In this document: positions 57,654 through 64,000 of the stretch, in pieces
How positions within the stretch are numbered: position 1 is the stretch's first letter
Layout of the letters: every line of letters starts with the position of its first letter
Assembly (NCBI GenBank): GCA_965214705.1
Contig: CBDCCI010000002.1
Span: 2,336,001-2,400,000 of the forward strand
Origin: Alphaproteobacteria bacterium
GTDB taxonomy: Bacteria > Pseudomonadota > Alphaproteobacteria > UBA828
DNA length: 64,000 bases
Direction of reading: 5' to 3'
Position numbers and translations under genes: made by a program
The notes under the pieces: generated by a model
What the model saw: only the letters and a program-made list of their open reading frames with translations
What the model was told of the DNA's origin: nothing
Databases searched by the model: none

Positions 57654-57879
57654 GCTGCCGTTGTCGCCCACGTTAGGCCCTCGCTTAATCATGGGGGTGC
57701 TCGGGGCGGGACCGTCGACTCCGCACCCAGAGCCACCACTGCACCCTATCGCAGACCTGTGATTCCGACAACACGCAGGTTCCCCGTCCGTTTTCGGCAC
57801 CGGCCTCCCGAAAAGGCGGGCCGCCGGCCTGGGATTTTTGGCAAGAAACACACTTTTTTTGAGTCGGCACGAGCCGGGA

Positions 57880-58359
57880 TCATGCGGGATTCCCGTCTAC
57901 GTCCAAAGGATTCCGTCCCATGCTCCGGTCAGCGCTGACGGGGCGGGGCATCCGCTCGCGCTCCGCAAGCAGCTTGCCCGCGCCTTCGATGCGCAGCAGC
58001 GCAAGGGCGAGGCGGGCGATCTCAATCGGCTCCACCGGTTCTCCGTCTCTGTCGAGCGTGGCCACCGTCATCGCCGCCGCCGCGCCCACGGCTTCGAGCG
58101 CGACTGGCCGGGTGCCGTCCCTGGCACTCTCGACGATGGCGGCCGCCCAGGTCTTGGCGGCGCGGTCGATCTCGCGCCGCCGGTGGATCTGCTCGCGCCT
58201 GCGCTTGACGTAGCGGCCCACGGACGAGCGCGAGCACGCGGCGCCGTGTGCGCGAATCACCGCCGCGATGGCGTCGATGGTGGCGCCGTCCTCGATCGCC
58301 ACGTCCACGGCGGCGCGGATCTCGGGCGGCAACAGCTCAATTGTGGAACGCCGGCTCAT
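57880..58359 (-). CDS. Solitary phage Mu gp27-like (DUF3486) protein
   Basis: [15 protein letters not shown]...GATIDAI...SRSSVGRY N-terminal HTH pattern typical of DUF3486; GAGGGAG RBS; no other phage genes nearby. Confidence 0.72.
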   Translation of the reverse strand: MSRRSTIELLPPEIRAAVDVAIEDGATIDAIAAVIRAHGAACSRSSVGRYVKRRREQIHRRREIDRAAKTWAAAIVESARDGTRPVALEAVGAAAAMTVATLDRDGEPVEPIEIARLALALLRIEGAGKLLAERERMPRPVSADRSMGRNPLDVDGNPA

Positions 58360-58553
58360 ATCGCTCCCTCTCGCGTTGTGTGGCGCGATGCTGAAGCGGG
58401 CGCCGGAGGCTGTGCACCGCACCATGGTCCGGTGACTCGCGAGTGACGAGGCTACGCTCCCCTCTCCTTATGGTGCCGCTGGACCATTCGTCCGCCGCGC
58501 GCGGCGTGCTGTATCGTCAGGCAAGCACACGGAAACCACGCGAGGGCCAAGGG

Positions 58554-58895
58554 ATGACGCACGTCGCCGTATGCGTGACCGCCCCGAGCCGGGCCGAGGC
58601 CGAGGCCATCGGCCGCGCCCTGGTCGAAGCGCGCCTTGCGGCATCGGTCAATGTCGTGCCGGCCGTCTCATCCTTCTACTGGTGGGAGGGTGCGCTCCGC
58701 GAAGGCGACGAGGCCATGCTCTGGGCGAAGACCCGCGCCGATCTCGTCGGGCCGCTCACGGCCAAGGTCAAGGCGCTGCACAGCTACGCCTGCCCCTGCG
58801 TCATCGCCCTCCCGATCACGGGCGGTAACGCGGACTACCTCGCCTGGATCGACGCCGAAACGTCGCCTCCGCCCACCGATCCCGACAAGGCGTAA
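58554..58895 (+). CDS. cutA: Divalent-cation tolerance protein CutA
   Basis: LVEARLAASVN, SFYWWEG, LHSYACP, YLAWI. Confidence 0.92.
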   Translation: MTHVAVCVTAPSRAEAEAIGRALVEARLAASVNVVPAVSSFYWWEGALREGDEAMLWAKTRADLVGPLTAKVKALHSYACPCVIALPITGGNADYLAWIDAETSPPPTDPDKA

Positions 58896-58917
58896 CCCAC
58901 CGGTGACGGGACAGGCT

Positions 58918-58956
58918 CTACGGAACAGACCTACAGGTATCGGGAGGTGGTCTCAC
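58918..58956 (-). pseudogene. Vestigial PIN/VapC toxin N-terminus
   Basis: GTG overlapping the antitoxin stop gives VRPPPDTCRSVP*, a degenerate form of the usual MRLLLDTC start. Confidence 0.45.
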
Positions 58957-59201
58957 GTTTTCTCGCCACCGCCGTCGAACGCTGCCTGCAGATCGTGGGG
59001 GAGCGGCTCGAAGAAGGCGGCGGGAATGGTCATCCCCCGATCTATGCCCACCGGGCGTGGCTCGCGTGCCGGTTTGGGGAGCGCGCGAATCTCGGCGATC
59101 GGTACGTTGCGCCGGCACACGACAACCGTCTCACCTTGCTCGACGCTCTTGAGGTAACGCGAGAGGTGCGCCTTGGCCTCCGCTACACTGACTCGGATCA
59201 T
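58953..59201 (-). CDS. Phd/YefM family antitoxin (orphan)
   Basis: VSVAEAKAHLSRYL..VEQGETVVV..RNVPIA; FFEPLP tail. Confidence 0.88.
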   Translation of the reverse strand: MIRVSVAEAKAHLSRYLKSVEQGETVVVCRRNVPIAEIRALPKPAREPRPVGIDRGMTIPAAFFEPLPHDLQAAFDGGGEKT

Positions 59202-59232
59202 CGTCCCCTCACCAACCAACTTCCTAATTTAG

Positions 59233-60434
59233 GGAAGGTCTGATCAAGTCGGGTGTGCCATGATTTTCGTAGGAGTCGCAGATTGGATGATCGGGTCATG
59301 GCACAGGCGAGCTTTTCGGAACTGGAGCACGACTTGAAGAAGCGCCGGACGCGGCGCGAGCTGTTCCTGGAGAAGATGGACAAGCTGGTTCCCTGGGAGC
59401 GGCTGGAACGGCGGATCGAGCCGTTCTATCCGAAGGCGGGGCGCGGTCGGCGCCCGTACCCGCTTGCGGTGATGCTGCGCGTTCACTGCGTGCAGCTGTT
59501 CTACAACCTGAGCGATCCGGGGATGGAGGACCTGCTCTACGAGGTGGAGTCGGTGCGGCGTTTCGTGGGGCTGCGGCTGGCGGAGGCGTTGCCTGACGAG
59601 ACCACCATCCTGAACTTCCGGCATCTTCTGGAGAAGCACGGCCTGGGCGAGGGTCTGTTCGAGGAGATCAATGCGCACCTGGCGTCGCGCGGCCATTGGC
59701 TGCGCACGGGGACGATCGTTGACGCGAGCATCATCGAGGCGCCGTCGTCGACGAAGAACCGGCGCCGCGCACGGGACCCTGAGATGCGTCAGACGAGGAA
59801 GGGCAAGCAGTGGTATTTCGGGATGAAGGCGCACATCGGGGTGGACGCCGGGTCGGGTCTGGCACACAGCGTGGTGACGACGGCGGCCAACGCAAGCGAC
59901 GTGACGCAGGCGGGAGCGCTGCTGCATGGCGCTGAGACGACGGCGTGGGGCGACGCGGGCTACCAGGGGGTGGAGAAGCGTCCCGAGCACCGGGATGGCG
60001 GTGTCGAGTGGCGTGTGGCGATGAAGCCGGGGCGGCGCCGGCTGCTGGCCGGGGGTGGCGCCGAAGCGGCGGCCGAGACGCGCAAGGCGTCGGTGCGGGC
60101 GAAGGTGGAGCATCCGTTCCTGTACGTGAAGCGGCACTTCGGCTACGCCAAGGTGCGCTACCGGGGCGTGGCGAAGAACAGGCAGCGCATCGCGTTGCTG
60201 CTGGGGTTCTCGAACCTGCTGATCGCCGGCCGCTACGCGACGCAATGACAGGGGAGCAGTCCGCCCGCCGCCGGCGGGACGACGGGGAATGCGGCGGATC
60301 GACGCGGATATCGCCCGTTCGCTCCGTATCCCGCGACAAAAGCAGCCCCCGGCCTGCCGGCAATATCGTCGAGCTTCAAATCCAAGCCCCCTCTCCCCCT
60401 CGAAGCCGCCAAGATGGGGTTGTTCAGACTTTCC
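59233..60434 (+). mobile_element. IS5-family insertion sequence
   Basis: IRs GGAAGGTCTGATCAA and TTGTTCAGACTTTCC; TTAG target duplication at 59229-59232 and 60435-60438. Confidence 0.93.
59298..60248 (+). CDS. IS5 family transposase
   Basis: PDETTILNFR, IVDASII, WYFGMKAHIGVD, GDAGYQG, RAKVEHPF, KVRYRG. Confidence 0.96.
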   Translation: MAQASFSELEHDLKKRRTRRELFLEKMDKLVPWERLERRIEPFYPKAGRGRRPYPLAVMLRVHCVQLFYNLSDPGMEDLLYEVESVRRFVGLRLAEALPDETTILNFRHLLEKHGLGEGLFEEINAHLASRGHWLRTGTIVDASIIEAPSSTKNRRRARDPEMRQTRKGKQWYFGMKAHIGVDAGSGLAHSVVTTAANASDVTQAGALLHGAETTAWGDAGYQGVEKRPEHRDGGVEWRVAMKPGRRRLLAGGGAEAAAETRKASVRAKVEHPFLYVKRHFGYAKVRYRGVAKNRQRIALLLGFSNLLIAGRYATQ

Positions 60435-60466
60435 TTAGTTCAATCAGCACGACGCGCACTGGTTAA

Positions 60467-60615
60467 GGAACCTCTGATTTATCAGGGGTTCCCGTGGCAC
60501 AGGGATGTGCCACCATTTTCGGTGGCTGTAAGTCACTGAAAATGTGAGCAAAGCGGAAAGCGCGCTTCCGCCTTGCGCGTCTGAGAAATGCAGGAGGCAC
60601 TTATTCAGACCTTCC
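60467..60615. mobile_element. 149-bp non-autonomous IS5-type MITE
   Basis: Ends GGAACCTCTGATTTA and TTATTCAGACCTTCC (reverse complement GGAAGGTCTGAATAA, near-identical to the adjacent IS5 end); TTAA duplication at 60463-60466 and 60616-60619; no coding capacity. Confidence 0.8.
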
Positions 60616-60634
60616 TTAACGCATCCAGCGCCAG

Positions 60635-61012
60635 TCACCACTGCCGCGCCACGCCGACGGCGTCGAAGACCTCGTCGACCGAGACCAGCGCGCAGTTCTC
60701 CAGCCGCGCCTGGGCCGCAAGCAGGCGGTCCCACGGGTCGCGGTGGTCCCAGTCGAGCTGGGCCGCGTAGTCGGCGTGGTCGTGGGTGATGGCGAGGTCG
60801 TCCACGCCGTTGCGCCTGAGCGCGGCCCGCAGCTCTTGCGACGGCAAGGCGATGCGGCTGCGCTGCGCCTTCCACTCAAGCTCGTAGATCGAGACCGCGC
60901 TGACCAGCACGGCGTTCTTGCGATCGAGAATCAGCCCCCTGGCGGTCGCAGACAGTCTCCGACTGCCCGCGACCCACCAGTAGACGGCATGGCTATCGAG
61001 AAGCAGCCTCAC
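60635..61012 (-). CDS. VapC/PIN-domain toxin
   Basis: RLLLDSH, VSAVSIYE, HRDPWDRLLAAQA, LVSVD; GTG start overlaps the antitoxin stop. Confidence 0.9.
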   Translation of the reverse strand: MRLLLDSHAVYWWVAGSRRLSATARGLILDRKNAVLVSAVSIYELEWKAQRSRIALPSQELRAALRRNGVDDLAITHDHADYAAQLDWDHRDPWDRLLAAQARLENCALVSVDEVFDAVGVARQW

Positions 61013-61290
61013 GAAGCCTTCGGCGGGCCGCGCCAAATGCCGAGGGTGTCGCTGTAGCTGCCCGCGTCGATCATGGCCTGTTCCGGCTCCTCACGGTCGA
61101 AGAAGTCATCGGGCAGGTTGAGGTGCTTGAGCGGCGCGGCTTCCCGCTGCCCGACTTCGGCCGGCGGGACGATGCGCGCCTGCGGTTCGCTGCCCTTGGT
61201 GATCATGATCTCTTCGCCCTCCTTGGCGCGCGCCAGGAGGCTGGAGAAGCTGGCACGGGCCTCGGCTACCTTGAAAATCTTGGTCGGCAT
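61009..61290 (-). CDS. Phd/YefM family antitoxin
   Basis: KVAEARASFSSLL..AKEGEEIMITK..EPQARIVP. Confidence 0.88.
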   Translation of the reverse strand: MPTKIFKVAEARASFSSLLARAKEGEEIMITKGSEPQARIVPPAEVGQREAAPLKHLNLPDDFFDREEPEQAMIDAGSYSDTLGIWRGPPKAS

Positions 61291-61467
61291 GGCCCGATTT
61301 CCCCATTCGTATCAGCGACGAACACCATGCTCGCCCCCTTCCAACCAGTATGTACAACATAGATGGTCATATTGTAAGTAGAAACCGAATTCACATCCGC
61401 CGCAGCAGGCAGTTTGACGCCGTCCGCAGGGTGCCCATGATGGCGGGGCGAAAACGGCGGGGGCGGC

Positions 61468-62340
61468 ATGGTCTACGACGAGCCGGTCTTCAAGACACTG
61501 GGCGACACCGCGATCAACGTCGAGTTCGGCGACGAGTCGAGCATCCCCATCAACTTCCGCATCCTGGCACTCGATTTCGCGCTCCGGGAGGAGCCACCGA
61601 AGGGGTTGGTCGAGACCAACCCGCAGGTGCGCACCCTCGGCCTCGTCTTCAACCCGCTCGCGACCACCCGCGCACGCATCGTCGACCACGTGAAGGCGCT
61701 GATCGCTGCCCAGGGCACGGTGGAGACGCTGCCGAGCCGCCGGGTAATCATCCCGGCGCTCTACGACGACCCTTGGTCGCGCGAGTGCGCCGAAGCCTTC
61801 GGGGTGCGCAACAACATCGAATACATCGCCGAGTTCAACGACATGACGGTGGCGCAAGTCATCGAGACCCACACCGGCTGCGACTACTGGGTCACCGGCG
61901 TGGGCTTCGTCCCCGGCGCTTTCATGTCCTACGCCATGGACCCCACCAAGCGCTTCGGCGCACCGCTCTACCGCACGCCCCGCACCTGGACCCACGCCCG
62001 GCTGCTCAACTTCGGCGGGCTCACCTCCACCATCTATCCGATCCGGATACCGGGCGGCGGGCAGCTCTTCGGCCGCACCCCCATCGAAATCTTCGATCTG
62101 AGGGAAATCAGTCCGGCCTTCGCCGACGGCCCGGTGCTCGCCCGCGCCGGCGACCGGCACCGCTACGAATCGATCGGGCGCGAGGAATACGATGCGATTC
62201 GCGCCGAGGTCGAGGCCGGCACCTACGAATACCGGGTCGAGGAGGACAGCTTCGACTGCGCGGGCTACGAGGCGTGGCTCGCCGGGACCGGGGAGCCGGC
62301 GGAGAAGCGCGACCCCGACAGCACATGGGGGCCGTTCTGA
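61468..62340 (+). CDS. pxpB: 5-oxoprolinase subunit B-like (carboxyltransferase / AHS1 domain)
   Basis: LGDTAINVEFG, IPALYDD, GFVPG, PRTWT, PGGGQLFGRTP. Confidence 0.8.
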   Translation: MVYDEPVFKTLGDTAINVEFGDESSIPINFRILALDFALREEPPKGLVETNPQVRTLGLVFNPLATTRARIVDHVKALIAAQGTVETLPSRRVIIPALYDDPWSRECAEAFGVRNNIEYIAEFNDMTVAQVIETHTGCDYWVTGVGFVPGAFMSYAMDPTKRFGAPLYRTPRTWTHARLLNFGGLTSTIYPIRIPGGGQLFGRTPIEIFDLREISPAFADGPVLARAGDRHRYESIGREEYDAIRAEVEAGTYEYRVEEDSFDCAGYEAWLAGTGEPAEKRDPDSTWGPF

Positions 62341-63353
62341 TGCCAGAAGTCATCGACGGCGGCCTGCGCACCACAGTGCAGGACATGGGGCGGCGCGGCG
62401 GGCAGGCTCTCGGGATTCCGCCCTCCGGCGCGCAGGACGGCTTCGCGCTCAGGATCGCCAATCTGCTCGTCGGCAACCCACCCGGCGGGCCGCTGGTGGT
62501 GCGCGACGACCCCGGCGCGGCGGGCCTCGAAATGACCCTCGGCCGGTTGAAGCTGAAGGCTCAACAAGACCACGTGCTTGCCCTCACCGGCGCGGACACG
62601 GGCGCGACCGTGGACGGCGAGCCCGTGCCCTGCTGGGCGAGCTTCGTGCTGCGCGAGGGCCAGACGCTCGCCTGCGGATTGGCGCAGAGCGGCGCGCGGG
62701 CCTACCTCGCGGTCCACGGCGGCATCGACGTGCCGCTCTACCGGGGCAGCCGCGCCACGCATGTCAGCGGCGGCTTCGGCGGGCTGGAGGGGCGCCCGCT
62801 CGCGAAGGGTGATCGCCTGCCGGTGGGCGGGGCGACGGCAGCGGCGGCGGACCTCGCCGGGCGCCGGCTCCGTCCCGATCTGGTTCCGGCCTATGCGCCG
62901 CCCATGCAGGTGCGCACCGTCGCCGGGCCAGAGGAGCATCACTTCACCGCGGAGAGCGTCGAGGCCTTCTACGCCACCGCCTGGAAGCTCAACCCCAAGG
63001 CGGACCGCACGGGCATGCGCTTCATCGGCCCAGAACTCTCCTTCAAGCCGGGGCGCCCGCACTACCTGATCGAGGACGCGGGCAAGGACCCCTCCAACAT
63101 CGTCATCGACCCCGGCGCGCCGGTCGGCACCGTGCAGGTGCCATCGGGCGTCGAGCCGATCGTGCTCTGCGTCGATTCGCCGAGCATCGGCGGTTATGCG
63201 CGGATCGCCGTCGTGATCACCACCGACATGGCGCGCGTCGGCCAGGTCCGCCCGTTCGAGGAGACCCGATTCGTGCGCATCTCCCACGAGGACGCGGTGG
63301 CGGCGCTCGCCGAACAGGAAGCGCTGATCGCGGACCCGGACACCATCATCTGA
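62340..63353 (+). CDS. pxpC: 5-oxoprolinase subunit C-like (AHS2 domain)
   Basis: GLRTTVQDMGR, ANLLVGN, GARAYLAV.GG, DRTGMR, GGYARIAVV. ATG at 62340 overlaps the pxpB stop. Confidence 0.82.
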   Translation: MPEVIDGGLRTTVQDMGRRGGQALGIPPSGAQDGFALRIANLLVGNPPGGPLVVRDDPGAAGLEMTLGRLKLKAQQDHVLALTGADTGATVDGEPVPCWASFVLREGQTLACGLAQSGARAYLAVHGGIDVPLYRGSRATHVSGGFGGLEGRPLAKGDRLPVGGATAAAADLAGRRLRPDLVPAYAPPMQVRTVAGPEEHHFTAESVEAFYATAWKLNPKADRTGMRFIGPELSFKPGRPHYLIEDAGKDPSNIVIDPGAPVGTVQVPSGVEPIVLCVDSPSIGGYARIAVVITTDMARVGQVRPFEETRFVRISHEDAVAALAEQEALIADPDTII

Positions 63354-63380
63354 ACGCCAGCAGCGCGGGAGGCGCATGAC

Positions 63381-64000
63381 ATGCAGCGAGCGATGGACAT
63401 TAACAGCGACGTGGGCGAGAGCTTCGGCAACTACTCTTTCGGGGCCGACGCCGAGATTATTCCGCATCTCTCCTCGGTCAACGTGGCCTGCGGCTTCCAC
63501 GCGGGCGATCCCGTGCACATGGAACGCACGGTGACGCTGGCCAAGGAGAACGACGTCGCCGTCGGCGTGCACTGGGGCCTGCCGGACGTCAACGGCTTCG
63601 GCCGGCGCGAGATGAAGATTTCCACCGACGAGGCGCGCTGCCTCACCCTCTACCAGATCGGCGCGCTGCGCCAGATCGCGTCATCGGTGGGCGCCACCAT
63701 CGACCACCTGGTCCCCCACGGCGCGCTCTACCCGATGCTGGCGCGGGACGAGAAGATCGGCGGCGCCATGGTCGATGCGATCAACAGCGTCGGCGAGCCC
63801 TGGGTGCTCTACTGGCCGACGCCGCTGGAGCGCCACCGCTTCTACGAGATCGCCGGGCGCGAGGGCATCCCCATCGTCCACGAAATCTGCATCGACCTGG
63901 ACTACCGCGCCGACGGCTCGCTGATCGTCGAGCGCGTCAAGCAGGCCAGGGATCCGAGTTACATCGCCGACCGGGTGCAGCGCTTCGTCGAGGAGGGCAA
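63381..64000 (+). CDS. pxpA: 5-oxoprolinase subunit A (LamB/YcsF), truncated by the window end
   Basis: MDINSDVGESFG, NVACGFHAGDP, GFGRR, YQIGAL, PHGALY. Confidence 0.88.
   Translation, partial: MQRAMDINSDVGESFGNYSFGADAEIIPHLSSVNVACGFHAGDPVHMERTVTLAKENDVAVGVHWGLPDVNGFGRREMKISTDEARCLTLYQIGALRQIASSVGATIDHLVPHGALYPMLARDEKIGGAMVDAINSVGEPWVLYWPTPLERHRFYEIAGREGIPIVHEICIDLDYRADGSLIVERVKQARDPSYIADRVQRFVEEG

Noticed and set aside
1-64000. CRISPR arrays, tRNA/rRNA genes, integron attC arrays, intact prophage
   Set aside because: No regularly spaced repeat-spacer units, RNA gene signatures, integrase or phage structural genes were found by eye; short RNAs could have been missed without a covariance search.

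Overview
GC-rich window, most likely from an alphaproteobacterial chromosome (inferred from the xth-erpA pair, bacA/sbmA, HNH-gloB, dxs-shc-hpnG/hpnH-ispH and tmoXWV-tdm). It is mostly catabolic and transport operons: a LIV-type ABC transporter with a class IV transaminase; an RND pump; an amidase; a complete TMAO sensing, uptake and demethylation module (torTSR, tmoXWV, tdm); acyl-CoA dehydrogenases; a D-apionate-lactonase-like sugar-acid operon; a strongly divergent split glycine-decarboxylase (GcvPA/PB) pair with an ATP-NAD-kinase-family gene; a pxpA / amino-lactam racemase / LLM oxidoreductase operon; pyridoxamine-pyruvate aminotransferase; hopanoid genes; and pxpBCA. Small mobile and decayed pieces lie between them: two IS elements with readable ends and target duplications (one splits a secreted spondin-like gene), an IS5-derived MITE, and several antitoxins whose toxins are reduced to fragments or absent. 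The most unusual structural signal is a solitary Mu gp27-like (DUF3486) gene at about 57.9-58.4 kb. Both of its flanks, including a 17-bp exact motif and 10-bp-phased CGGGA repeats, recur around a 27-codon internally deleted copy at about 36.6-36.8 kb, which suggests an undescribed small dispersed element family. No rRNA, tRNA or CRISPR array was seen. All protein assignments come from motif recognition by eye, not from database searches.
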